A DNA stretch of 63,769 bases, filler included, from Reticulomyxa filosa (Eukaryota; Protista; Foraminifera): NCBI GenBank assembly GCA_000512085.1. It is 19 parts of 19 records of this genome, joined end to end, with 100 filler letters (N's around TTAATTAATTAA, not from the genome) between each part and the next. Parts side by side here need not be neighbours in the genome. Positions count along the whole stretch, not along the records: positions 12,911 to 14,091 come from ASPP01042057.1; positions 14,192 to 15,859 come from ASPP01015623.1; positions 15,960 to 17,769 come from ASPP01015386.1; positions 17,870 to 19,551 come from ASPP01024200.1; positions 19,652 to 20,667 come from ASPP01024280.1; positions 20,768 to 21,918 come from ASPP01031253.1; positions 22,019 to 25,944 come from ASPP01023605.1; positions 26,045 to 27,891 come from ASPP01021268.1; 11 more parts are not named here. The stretch is one strand, 5' to 3'. Positions 13,640 to 26,176 of the stretch are shown one piece after another. A model generated the notes under the pieces. That model was not told the origin of the DNA and did not search any database. It saw only the letters and a list, made by a program, of their open reading frames with translations. Both the position numbers and the translations under genes were made by a program. How positions within the stretch are numbered: position 1 is the first letter of the stretch; the number at the start of each line of letters is the position of its first letter.

Positions 13640-14091
13640 CCATTTCATTTTCCTTTTTCAATTCAATTCCTTTTTTCATTTCTTCATTACTTAACCAATC
13701 CACTCACTTCAGTTTTTCATGTGTATTAACATGCTTTATTTCGCATTAAATCCTCCAATAATATGTACATACGTGCAACACAATAATACAATGGACTATA
13801 TAAAGTATTTTGAAATATCATCTAATTTATTTTCTCTAATTGAATTCTTGTGCACTGATTTTGAAACAACATCAAGTGCAATATCTACCACTCCATCCAC
13901 CAAAGAACAAGATGATATCATTGATACACATATCCACATATGCATATTTATGTAATGATGCAATATCATCACAAGCAGCTAATTTTATGAAATTGAAAAG
14001 TGTTTTTATCTTCATCATATTCAATTAATAATCCTGTCTTTTCACAAAACAACATTTGATAATATTGTTTATTTTCTCCTTCATTTGTTTT
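13640..14091 (-). pseudogene. Pseudogene of the Kelch-like domain family seen at 32084 and 38058
   Basis: Reads MLFCEKTGLLIEYDEDKNTFQFHK...YAY...INDIILFFGGWSG...VSKSVHK...HIIGG with frameshifts. It matches MVLFCNNVGLSIEYDEDNCTFQFEK...DILFFGGW of ORF 32084. Confidence 0.8.
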
Positions 14092-14222
14092 NNNNNNNNN
14101 NNNNNNNNNNNNNNNNNNNNNNNNNNNNNNNNNNNTTAATTAATTAANNNNNNNNNNNNNNNNNNNNNNNNNNNNNNNNNNNNNNNNNNNNTTTTTTTTT
14201 TTTTGTTATTTTAAAAAAAAAG

Positions 14223-14917
14223 CGCCTTTGCAGCATTGGATGTGGGAGTTTGCAAACGAATTAGAACACAGTGGGATGTGCACTTGCCCTGAAAATGTTG
14301 CATTTGTGTTTGCGGACAACAAGCCCAATGTGCAACATCGACTAATCGAAAGGAGCTATGAAAAGTGCAATCGGCAAACGTGCCATTATTTTCATGTGGC
14401 AAAGGACTATCATCCGTGGGATTGGTATGGCAAATTAGGTCCGTTAAACAAGTTGGTGTATGATGATCCCACGTTTTTAAAGCGATTTGATTACTTGGTC
14501 CTCACTGATGCCGACGACCAAACTTTGACGCGCTCTCCTCACGACATTGTCGAGAGGTTCTTATCCTATGATTGTGACATCCTTTTGGCCGGGGAAGCCA
14601 CTAGCTATCCGCATTGGATGGCCCAAGAGAGTGCTTTTGAAAATCAATGTAGTCCTTGGAGCAGACATCATCAACATGTCAATGCAGGTGGGCTCATGAT
14701 CAAATTGAGTGCTTTTCGTCCCTATTTGGATTATATTGATCGTGATTACAAAAACTTTACCATCATGCGTGCCTCTGAGATCGCCGAAACTGGCAAAAAT
14801 CGCTGGAGGGACCAAACGTGCTGGAGACAAATGCTACTTCGATTTTATCCGCGTATGAAAGTCGACTCCTTAGCTAAAATTTGGACAAGGGTCGATATTT
14901 TTTTAAATGACTTGTGA
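14223..14917 (+). CDS. PLOD (procollagen glycosyltransferase)-type GT-A domain protein, last exon
   Basis: GKL..L...YLVLTDADD...P..IVERF...DILLAGEATSYP...VNAGGLM...DQ..W...KVDS..KIW follows the PLOD GT pattern FTDSYD / FSAE..CWP / LNSGG / DDQ / LD..IFQ. Confidence 0.7.
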
Positions 14918-17216
14918 GATACTTACTCGTGTCTCTTCGCTTGCATACCATGCTCATATATAACACGTGCACTCTTTTATTTCCATTTTATAAATGGATC
15001 ATATCATTAGCAAATGTCACAGATAACAAATATCATTTTCAAACTGTTGGTTCATTGATACACATGTCCTTTTTTTTTTTGTTTCCAATGTTTACCCTTC
15101 TCGTTTTTTTTTTGCATTTTTCTTTCTTATTTCTTTTATCTTTTCTTTTTCTGGTTTTGAGATGCCCGCTCACATTTCAATATATCAATTTATTTTATCG
15201 ACAAATACATACATCTCTGTATGTTTTGAATGTTTTTTTCCCCCTACACTTGAAGAAATGTTTTTTGATCAATTTACTTTTTGTTTGCTTTTTTTTTTTT
15301 TGCGCACTTTTTTCCTTGGCCGTTGTAATGTCGTACCAAAAAACTCAAAGAAGGGTCTTAGTTTTGAATGAATTACTTTGCATAATCTTGCTATTTAAAA
15401 AAGAGTATTAAGATTTCTACAAAATTCAGCCTAAAAAATGGAACTGTCTTCAGATTCTTGTATGCACAATTCTCAACATACTCTCCTTTGTTTTTCCTTT
15501 AGGAAAAACGAGCTAGGACAGTGTCAATGTGTGTACTTTCATTTGATGTGACGCAGCTCGACTGATGAAATTAAGAGCATTAGCGAAGATGCTAGCGAAA
15601 CAATTGAAGCAAATGAAAGAGAAGGAGTGGCTGGTAGAAGCGATAATAGATAATGTCGAAGACAAAGAGAAGCAAGCGTCGCTGAGGCAAATAAAACAAA
15701 GAGCATTGGGAGCTGAAACGAAGCTGATGAATTCATTGCAACTATTGGAATTGGTGCATTTTTTGCGATCGGCAGTTCCTCTTTTGCTTTGTGTTTGGTC
15801 TCATGGCAATGAGATCGTTGGGCAAAGGTATCTCCCAAACAAACAATAAAAAAAAAAAANNNNNNNNNNNNNNNNNNNNNNNNNNNNNNNNNNNNNNNNN
15901 NNNTTAATTAATTAANNNNNNNNNNNNNNNNNNNNNNNNNNNNNNNNNNNNNNNNNNNNTTTTTTTTTTTTTTTTTTTTTTTTGATATTATTGATTTTTT
16001 TTTGTTTGAAATAAACAAACAAAATTGATGAAAATTATTTACTTGGTTGTTTGTTTGTTTATTTTTTGATTGAACTGTTTTTGTTTTTTTCTTTTTTTTC
16101 TTTCATTATCATTATTTTCTTTTTTCCCCCTTTTTTTTATAATACAATCACCTATTTTCTTCATTATTTTTTCCCCCCTTCTTTTTTTGTGTATTAAAAA
16201 AAAACAATTGGAAAGCTCAAAAAAAAAAGGAAATCAAAAGTAAACAAACAAGCAGACAAACAAAACGAGCACATACACAAGAAATCAAAACACTAACTAA
16301 AGTGTGTGCTGTTGTTGTGATTGCTATGGTTGTGTGTTTTTTTCTGTCTTTCCATTTTTCAAACAAAATCCTTGATTTTGTATTTGATTTCTTGATTGCT
16401 TGATTTGCTTTGTTTGTCTTGTCTTATTTTTTGTTTTTTTTAAATAGTTGGTCTTTTTCAATTAGATTGTGTAGTACAAACATTTGTATCTTGGCATGTG
16501 TGTTCACCTTTTTTCCCCCATTATTGGAGTGTTTTAATTTCAATTGTTGTAACAATTATGTGTTTCACAAAATTATTGAAACAATTTGTATTCACGGAAA
16601 ACTCAGGTCCTTAGCCCTATTACTTTCGCCTTATTCTAAATTCCAATTCATGTAGGGTATTTTTAACTTGAATTAAAATATTATCACTTTCAATGTCCGA
16701 TATTTCTTTTTTATCTTTATTTCACTAGCTAAAAAATTTGCCCAAATTCGATGCTAAAAATCGGTTTTTATAGAAAGCATTCATGTAAGAATACTTGTAT
16801 TTTATAAATTGTTTTGTTTGCAAAAATTGGAGTTGATAAAAACTCACGATGGTAATGGCAGTGGAATAGAGGAGTAACTTTATAATTCACGAATTACCCT
16901 CCTCAGTTGAAGCCCTTACTTTCTTTACGCATTCCCTGTTAAAATATGCCACAGCAGTTCAAAAACTAGTTTTATATACGTTTACTACTTATTTGATCGA
17001 ACCAATATAGTCTAATATTGAATCGTACATTTTTTGTGTACACCAAAAAAAAAAAAGGTTGCGACTGTGACCAAAAAAACCTCTTTAGCCAAAATAAGCA
17101 AAATAATTGATTGCTAAATCATAAATTGGCTTCTAAAAAAATATTGTTAGCGGGGGAGTTTGGATTTTTTTGTACTTAAACTATAAAATAAATAGTTTAA
17201 ACTGTGAATAAATTGG

Positions 17217-17769
17217 ATGAATAATTTTACAAGAAACGCCTTATTATTGAAGGTGTATATTTTATTTGGAATTCTCGTAAATGTGACGAAATATGTTGAA
17301 AGTTCGTCTTTAGAAGCACTGAGCCCTTGTGTATGTGGAGAGCCAGTGACAAGTTTCGACAACACTACTAACACAATTGAAATTGTGTATCCTCCATCAC
17401 TTGGGAACTTAAGTGATGCATATTGCACGGCCGTGTTATCGGCGAATACCCTTCCTGAAAATATGCCAAAGAAGATGAGTCATGCGAATATATCGATTGC
17501 ATTGATCTTTAACACATCGTTTGACAATTGTATATTTCAAGACTATCTATACTTGGACAACTTGTCTATGTTTTCAAGCATTAATTTTTCTATTTCAAAC
17601 TTTCGTTTGGATAATGTGTATGCAAATGTATCTCGGCGATATCCCAAATGGAAAAGCGTATCGTATGTCACTACAGGTTTGCTTTTTGTTTTTGTGTTTG
17701 TTGTTCTGACTCTCTTCTTAACTTTGATGAACGTATTGGGAACATTTACAACAAATCAAAAAAAAAAAA
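17217..17769 (+). CDS. Signal peptide, Cys/N-glycan-site-rich ectodomain and first TM helix; possibly the N-terminus of an NRF-6-like acyltransferase-3 protein
   Basis: Hydrophobic N-terminus, several NxS/T sequons, and a TM ending ...LMNVLGT. The family call is weak. Confidence 0.45.
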
Positions 17770-18199
17770 NNNNNNNNNNNNNNNNNNNNNNNNNNNNNNN
17801 NNNNNNNNNNNNNTTAATTAATTAANNNNNNNNNNNNNNNNNNNNNNNNNNNNNNNNNNNNNNNNNNNNAGAAACACAATCATCTCTATAAGGTGGCATT
17901 TTAGGTGTCAGCTTTCTTTTTTATCTTACTGTATATGAACGAACAAAAGGCAATTAACACGAAATTGACTCCAAACAGTAAAAGTGCATAGCCAGTCAAA
18001 AAGCCAATATACCAAAGTCATAGCAATCATAAATAAAAAAGCATCCAAATACGTACAATACATAATGCACAAAATCAACAATTGCTAGCAACAAATAGTC
18101 TCAACATAGTGAAACTTAGAGATGCAGAAATAAAATTGAGTTGAAACCTGGAACTCTACTAATAAAAATAAACTATACTTTATGAATCACGAACATCAA

Positions 18200-19406
18200 T
18201 ATGAAGTGAAAAAACAGGTAAAAGAGTAGAGCTAGTATGAATAATAACGAAAAGCTTTTCTCAATTTGAGGAACCAGGAGTATTAGTCAAGAAAAACGAT
18301 AAATGACTTAATGAAAAAATTGTCAAATAAGAAAATATTTTCCAAATTAGATATCAAGTCATGATATCTACATGTTCAAATACGCGAGATAGACCAATAT
18401 AACACTGCATTTATCACTCCAAATGTATTATACGAATGGAATCTTATGGGATTTGGATTATCAAACGCACTAGCAACATTTCAACGTATTGTTGTGTCTA
18501 TATTTAGAGATTTAGAAAATGTAGACATTTACATAGACGACATACTGATTGCAACAGAAACAAAACATTAAAAATATCTAAGCATCAAAGCGAAAAGAAA
18601 TTTGGACAATTTCTCGGAATGGTTCAATGGATTGTACGTTTCATACTTAATATTGCGGAATTAACTGCAAAATTATCACAACTACGGCAAAAGGATATGA
18701 CTTGAAAATTGACTATAATACATGAAGAAATATTTGAATAATTAAAAAGACAATTGAAATGCAAAGCTGCTACGTCCAATACAAAATGAGCTATTTATAG
18801 TTCAATGTAATGCTTCTGACAAATACTACAAATACAAGAAGGAAAACTTGTTCCAATCGAATTTGTGTCAAAGAAATTTGACAATTATCAGTTGAACTGA
18901 CATAAATCAGAAAAGGAGTTATATTCGTTTATTTATACATAATCGTTATCAAAATCAAATAACAAAGCACAAATACAAAGAAAGTCATCTTAACGATATT
19001 CAATGCAAAATCGAAATAAGATATTTCGACTAATTATTCGACTTAAAAAGCTTTCTAAGCTCAGGGACATGACAACGAAATAAAAAACATAAAAAGGAAA
19101 CTGACATAAGTAAAAAACGCACTATATACATTCCTTCGAGTTGGCATTCATCATTTATAAAAAGTAGCTGTCAATATATAAACAGAATTTACTAACACGT
19201 ACAAGCAAAGTGGTAGTACCTGTTATGTCGAAGTATGACATAATTGCTTATTTTCACTCACATGCGTTATCACAGTCTATCTGTTCAAAAAGAATAATAA
19301 CCTTAATTATATAAAGATTATCTACCCATAAATGTACAAAGACTTAAAAAAATTTTGCGAAGAATGTTTTACCTGCCAAGTGACAAAGAAAGAGTCGCCA
19401 AAGACA
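18200..19406 (+). mobile_element. Degenerate Ty3/gypsy LTR-retrotransposon pol (RT, RNase H, integrase Zn finger)
   Basis: KIFSKLDIKS*YLHVQIR...TAFITPNVLYEWNLMGFGLSNALATFQR...IYIDDILIA (YIDD at 18530-18541); QFLGMVQW..RFI; FIVQCNASD; PIEFVSKKF...EKEL; MYKDLKKFCEECFTCQ. The RT-RH-IN order is gypsy-type. Many stops. Confidence 0.92.
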
Positions 19407-19551
19407 TACAGTAGATTGCAAAAAAAACTGACATACCTAAAGGCACTATACGAAGAGAGTCGATTTTCTCCATGAAAAATAAAGATTTAAACTTAATTTT
19501 TTTTTTTAATATCTAATAATCTTGTAGTTTTTAAATATGAAATTGGTTTTA
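19407..19551 (+). mobile_element. Second TA-CAGT transposon end, interrupting the gypsy integrase
   Basis: TACAGTAGATTGCAAAAAAAACTGACATACCTAAAGGCACTATACGAAGAGAGTCGATTTTCTCCATGAAAAATAAAGATTTAA matches the copy at 7914. Confidence 0.78.
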
Positions 19552-19651
19552 NNNNNNNNNNNNNNNNNNNNNNNNNNNNNNNNNNNNNNNNNNNNTTAAT
19601 TAATTAANNNNNNNNNNNNNNNNNNNNNNNNNNNNNNNNNNNNNNNNNNNN

Positions 19652-19687
19652 ATTTAGGTATGGCAGTTTTTTTTGCAATCTACTGTA
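19652..19687 (-). mobile_element. Opposite-orientation terminal repeat of the same element (...CTACTG|TA)
   Basis: The reverse complement is TACAGTAGATTGCAAAAAAAACTGCCATACCTAAAT. Confidence 0.75.
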
Positions 19688-19689
19688 GT

Positions 19690-20667
19690 ACATGCGATTC
19701 TGTGTTGTCAACCATTCTGACATCATGTTCCAAAACTGCGAGGGTTATACATAAGAAAAGAATTGGTCGTATGTAGTACAAGCATTTGTTTGAATGTGTG
19801 AAAAGATAAAACAGTTCAAGAAGCAGACGCGACATGCAAGAAATTTGTGTTCCATAAAGATGTAGTAGGCATATTGTTCAATGTCGTCAAGGCGTGCAAG
19901 ACCATTTGTGAAACATTAAATGGATACAATTTATTCTGGGTCATGGGATAAAACCATTCGAATATGAGATATTGAAACAACCAAAGAACAGATTGTACTC
20001 AAAGGACATGACCATTGGGTTAATAGTGTAAAATATGGATCAAATGAATTAGTGTGACGTTAATTTATGTTATGGTTCAATTCGATTTGGGATGAATATA
20101 TGCAAATAATGTTTTAGCAAAATTACAATTGTTATATTTTTTGTATTTGGTACATTTAAGAAAGTGAAAATGATGCTAATTACACAAGTTCAGCACTTGC
20201 TTGCATAATTTTTTGGGTCATGTCAATAATATTATTTTTAAAAAAAGTTCAAACATTTCTCCCTCTTACATCATAGCTCAATCTCAAAAAAATCTGAAAG
20301 AATGACTACTTTTTTTAAGAAAAAACAAACTTCAACGCAACGATCATTGGTCGACTTTTTTTAATCTTTGAGAAAGTGACTTGTCTTTAGACTGTTGTTA
20401 TTATATTTATTGTATGTTAAATCAGGTAGGAGAAAAAGATATTCAAATTATTATTTCACATTGGATTCGAATATTTAAGATTAAATTGGGATGGATTTAT
20501 GATTTTGATCACTTGTTGCCAATTATGTTATGCTTTCTTTTAAATATGTTTTTTAATAGCATATATATTATGTCCACAATTTAATACAGGCAACTAACTT
20601 TTTCATGCTTGATTTGTTTCGTTCATCATCTAAATTGCTCAAAACATTTACTGGACATACGGAGAGT
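19690..20667 (+). pseudogene. WD40-repeat gene relics
   Basis: SGSWDKTIRI*DIETTKEQIVLKGHDHWVNSVKY; DIQIIISHWIRIFKIKLGWIYDFD; SSKLLKTFTGHTES. Confidence 0.8.
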
Positions 20668-20768
20668 NNNNNNNNNNNNNNNNNNNNNNNNNNNNNNNNN
20701 NNNNNNNNNNNTTAATTAATTAANNNNNNNNNNNNNNNNNNNNNNNNNNNNNNNNNNNNNNNNNNNNA

Positions 20769-21870
20769 ACAACAACAACAACAACAGCTAATATTGCTAA
20801 TACAAATGACACAAACAGCAAAACCAAAGGCAAGGCAAAATCGAAAGCTCGAAAGAGTACGAACCGAAAGATCAGTGCTAGTGCCAGTGGCAGTGGGAGT
20901 GGCACTACAAGTAATAGTACCAGTCGTAGTGGTAGTGCTCGACCAAGTGGTAATGACATTGGCATTGGTAGTAGTAGTAGTAGTAATAGCAGTAGTAATA
21001 ATGGCAGTGGTGAAAAACATAAACATGAACACAACAAAGTTTTAATGTATCCATTTGATATACACAAAGATTATAAATGGGTTCATACTAGATATGTCTT
21101 TGAGAAAACTATTTTCCGTGCTGATCATGTGAATGAACAATACTTGCCTTATTCTTTGCAACCCAGGTTATTGCCTTTGCCAAGTGCGCCTAACCGTCGC
21201 CGCATTCGCCGAAGCTGGCATCCGACACTGGTGTCTTCGCCGACGCATCACTACGTATACCGCATCGGCGGGGGCCACTCCAGCGCGGGGTTGTTCGGCG
21301 AAGCGTCGGACCGCTGCGAAGTGTTCAACCTAATTGACTTGACATGGACCGCTTTGCCACGCATGAGATATGCACGCGCGACCTGTGGTGCAGTGTTGTT
21401 ACCGCCAGATATTCCCAAGCTATTTACCGATGCTACCAAAGATTTGCAAGCCTTACCCGGAGGAGGAGGAGTACTTGGCTCGATGAGTAACCCATCCACT
21501 CCTCCTAACAAATCCTTGAAATACCCTCCCAAAATGCCCCTTCCACCCTTTAAGCCTCTTGACGGAGCTCCTCTGCCCACATTGCCCAACCAAGCGCCAC
21601 TGCCAAATGCCGCCCCTATCCCCATCTCCGCTCCTGCTCCCGCCCCCGCCCCTGCGCCTTTGCCGACTGGCGTCGCTCCATTGCCCATCCTCACCTCAGC
21701 TGCCCCTCCTCCCGACTCCATGTCCATCGTCGACGGAGGGGCGCTCAATAACAGCTCGCCCTTTGGCTTTTCCCAGCCCACCACCACGCCGCGTACCGTG
21801 GAAGATTTGTTCCGAGCTCGTATGATCGATGAAAGTGAGGATGAAAGTGAAAAGTTGGGATTGAAATATG
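20769..21870 (+). CDS. Kelch-repeat protein, internal exon with Ser/Gly-rich and Pro-rich tracts
   Basis: The frame is open from the fragment start. YVYRIGG...SDRCEVFNLIDLTWTALPRMRYARATCGAVLL is a canonical kelch repeat. Confidence 0.8.
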
Positions 21871-22196
21871 TTTTTATATATAAATATATATAAATATATA
21901 TTTATATATATTTATATANNNNNNNNNNNNNNNNNNNNNNNNNNNNNNNNNNNNNNNNNNNNTTAATTAATTAANNNNNNNNNNNNNNNNNNNNNNNNNN
22001 NNNNNNNNNNNNNNNNNNTTTTTGTCGTTCTTCGTCTCGTTGTTGAGAGCATTGTTCTTTTCGCGGCAATGTCTTTACCTTTATACTTTTTTCGCCACTT
22101 CTTTTTTTTTTTTTTTTTTTGCAGTATATAAAACAAAAGTGTTTATGATCACAAACAAATATATACATATGTATACATGTATATATGTATATATAT

Positions 22197-25100
22197 TTAA
22201 AGGACATAACCATGGATACGATATCCAAACATAGCAATCAAATAGACGATTGAAACCAGGGTTTTAACGAACATTTGAGTTGGCGAAGCGCCTTCAAACC
22301 AATGCAAAATGAAAAAAAACAGCAAAGTGCAAGCAATTTTGATCAGTTTGGGCAGCAACACAAACTCGGCCCAATGGTCTACTTGAAAAAGGGAAATGTG
22401 AAATGGTGGATATGAATACAAGTCGAAATGCGAATGAGAATGCAAATGCGAAGGCGAGTGCATCGCAGAACGAGAGCGAGAATGGGAAGGAGAATGAGAA
22501 TGAGACCGAGAATGAGAACGAGAATGAGAATGGGGACGAGAACAGGAATGAGAAGCCGATTGTGAGCGCGACTGTGAATGTGAACGTGAACGTGAACGCG
22601 AACGCGAGTGTGGATGTGCATGTGCATGTGCATGTGCATGCGTCTGCGAAGGGAGATGTGAACGCGTGCGTGCACGCGCACGAGAATGTATATGGGAATG
22701 CAAAGGAGTAACGTCACTTTTGTTTGTAGTCTTGTCTTTATTCTTATTTTTATTCTTTTTTTTGTTCTTGCTCATGTTTTTGTTTTTACTCTTTCGTGAT
22801 GCATTCATTTGCTTTTTGTCCATACTTATTTGCAGTAGCTTTTCAACTTCGACATGGTTGGCATTGTATCCATTCTTTTGTTTTTGTTTTTGTTTTTTGT
22901 CATCCTCTGTCGTCATAGCATTGTCGCTATTATTATTATTATTATTATCACTATTATTATTATTGTTATTGTTTTCATTTGTTGTATTATTCACTTTCGT
23001 GTCATTTAATGTCTTCTTTTTCTTTTTCTTCTTTTCTTTTTCCTTTTCCTTCTTTGTGTTCTTCTTCTTCTTTTTCTTTTTCTTATTTTCTTTCCTTTGC
23101 TCGACCTCGTTGACAGACAGTCCGACTATACTATTCTCATTATTTTCACTGTGCTTTTTTGGGTCTGCGTTTGCGTTTGCGTTTGCTTTGGATTGGAATG
23201 CATACTCGTGCTTTTGTTGTCATCGCTACTTTTATGCTCTTGATTGGACGCATGGTTCGCATTCGAATGAAGGTACATTGGATCAATACACTGCGAGGCG
23301 ACTTCCACGTTGCATGCGCTCTGTCATCCCCCCCCATAGACGTGGTCATTTGCAAAGTGCAAAAAGCGAGGTTCACACATGCACACGTGAGTGTAATGTA
23401 CACCAAAATGACATACAAAAAAAAAAAAAAAAAAGCTCACATACATACCAGTGATGATGGAATGCAAGTGGAGTTGACTTGAAAAGTACGAAAGTGATCC
23501 AAGTGATTTATTTCTTCTCCTTCTTCTTCTTCCTTTCTTCATTTTCATTTTGAGCATCCTCTTCTTCTTCTTCTTCGTTCGGAGGATGTGGAAGAAGATA
23601 AGGGTGAGAACAGGAGTGAAGACATAGGAGATGGTAATAACGGCAATAACGAGGAAGAAGAAGAAGAAGAAGAAGAAGACAAGGAAGATGAAGACGAGTC
23701 TCCCGAGTGAGTAAGTTGTGAATGAGACAAGAGATGCAGCAGCTGCTTAGACGAATACAATCGACGTCGTCGAACAGACTTGCGTAGCTTGACAGTATTA
23801 CAACAGATGCCTTTGTTTGCGCTCTTTTGATAGGTCTCAAAAAACCTGCGTTTATGCCTGCCTTTTGTCCCAAGCGTGTATTTGCGTTTCCATTTTTCTT
23901 TTAGGCGATGTTTGTTCGCATTTCCCTCTTTTGTTAAACTGCTTCTTCTTTTTCTTCCCTTCCTCCAATGTCCACCCTTCTCCAGTTTTTGTCTCTTTTC
24001 TGTTTTTTCCATGTTCACACGATCCTCCTTCTTGTTTTCACAATCATTGTCATTATTATTATTATCAGTATTAATACTATCCAGATTGTCACGGTCATGA
24101 TCATCCTCTCCGTCTCCACTCTTATCACGAAAATGCACGTCGACATCGACATCAGTACAAGAAGACGAGAGCGAAGGAGAGGACAAAGAGGACACGGAAG
24201 AGAAAGAGGGAAAGGAGGGCGAAGGGGATAACAACAAAAAATAGGACGATGAGGAAGAGTAATTGGAGGAAGAAAACGAAGACGACGAAGACAATTGCAA
24301 AGTCGATGAAGGTGAATGAGGCTGTGCATCTCCATTTTTGTCTCTATCTTTTGTCTTTGAATCATTTGGCTTGGCCGTGTCAAAATCGCCATTCTTGTTA
24401 TTGCTATTGCTATTGCTATTGCTATTGTCATTGCCACCAATTCCATCACCTTTGGCTAATGTGTGTCCACCCATCTCCACATCATCTTCATCACAACCAC
24501 GCCAAGCATTACTCTTATCCGCGTTGCGCGTCGCAAATTGGCACTCGCCGCCATCGCTCAATTTGGAAATGTCATTCCGTGTTTCTGTTTTGGAACGAGG
24601 TCCATGGCCAGAACAAGTTGCGTCATGAAATGCACAAGACGCTGAAGATGATGAAGAGGAGGAAGGAGGAAGAGGAGAAGAAGAAGAAGAAGGCAATGAT
24701 GATGATGATGATGGCAATGATTCATCCTCTTCGAAACAAGAGGAATAATTGTCCATATAAAAACCGCCCAACGTTAAGGCAGGGATGACCAAGTCACTTT
24801 TACAACTCGTGTCTGTCATTATTGGGGTTGTTGTTATTGTTGGAAGACCGCTTTCGACCGATGGCAATGGACAAGTTGTTTCTTTGCAAGTGGCTTGCAC
24901 TTCCTCTTTTTCATCGATATTTACGGATGGACGTATACTATCTCCTTCCCACATCTTCAATTTTCTCTTCCATCCAATCGTGGTGTCCACTTTTTTTCCC
25001 CCCTTTTTTATGACGCCTTTTTTTTTTTTTTAATTTCATATTTTTTTTTTATTATTATTATTATTTTTTAGTTATTTGTACATGCCATGCTTTTTCCAAG

Positions 25101-25861
25101 AAAAGAACAAAAAAAAAAAAAAAAACGAAACGAAAAGGATTGTTGGCGAAACCAATCTCGTGACAATTGAAGAGGCTTATCGCCATGAGCATTTCTTAAA
25201 AATGGGTCAGCCCCTTTTGACAGCAGATACGTCACGTTTTCTATTGAACCGGTTAACACTGCGAAATGTAATGCTACAATATTTTGTTGTTATTGTTGTT
25301 GGTTTGTAGGCTTTAAGTTTTTTTTAAAAAAAAAAAAACAAACAAAGAAAAACTTAAACGGGTATTTCCTTCGATAAATTTATTTTTACTTTTGACTGAT
25401 GGCAATAGCTCGTATTCTTCAATCCATTTGGATAACAAATCACAAGCATTGGACCACAAGCCAATATTCACATTGCCCACTGCTTCCGCTTGCTCTTTCA
25501 CGATCCTTCTGGCATCGATTAGTAACGCACCTGCTAAAAGTACTTTTTCCCCCCCCTCATTCCCTTGTCATTAATATACTTTGGAAAAATTAACGGAGAT
25601 AATCAATTAAAGGGAGGACAGAGAGGAGGAACAAAAAAAAAAATTTTTTAGTTGTGTTTTGTTTTTTGTGCACGTTGAATGTACGGTTTGAGTGATGTCC
25701 CCACTTGTGTCGCATTCTGCTATGGTAATGGTCTTGTGAATTTGCTTTTGTAAGGCCTTTCGAAGTGAACTTAATGCTTCAAACTGCAAGTCTTCCTTGT
25801 CATGTCTTGCTGCTAAACTAAACACAACTGAGGTGGTTTCGCTCACCACGTTTGTTGCCAT
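22197..25861 (-). CDS. Ankyrin-repeat protein with very long low-complexity region and two C-terminal TM-like helices (exon structure uncertain)
   Basis: Spliced GNTP|LHFAVLTGSIENVTYLLSKGADPFLRNAHGDKPLQL (ankyrin). A 481-aa Ser/Asn-rich ORF follows, then an SR/SH-repeat ORF ending in hydrophobic helices. Several frame junctions are unresolved. Confidence 0.6.
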
Positions 25862-26176
25862 AAAAAGAAAAAAAAGTAAAACGATTTACTTTTTTTTCTT
25901 TAGAATGATAAATTTTTTTTTAAAAGTATGTATCTTTTTTTTTTNNNNNNNNNNNNNNNNNNNNNNNNNNNNNNNNNNNNNNNNNNNNTTAATTAATTAA
26001 NNNNNNNNNNNNNNNNNNNNNNNNNNNNNNNNNNNNNNNNNNNNTTGATTTGTATTTTTTTTTTTTTTTTTGGGAGAGGGATAGCAAAGATGTATTTGTT
26101 CTTTGCGATGTGATTGATGGCATCGATATACAATACATCAAAAAAAAAAAAAAACAAAGTCATTAGTTGAAAAAGA

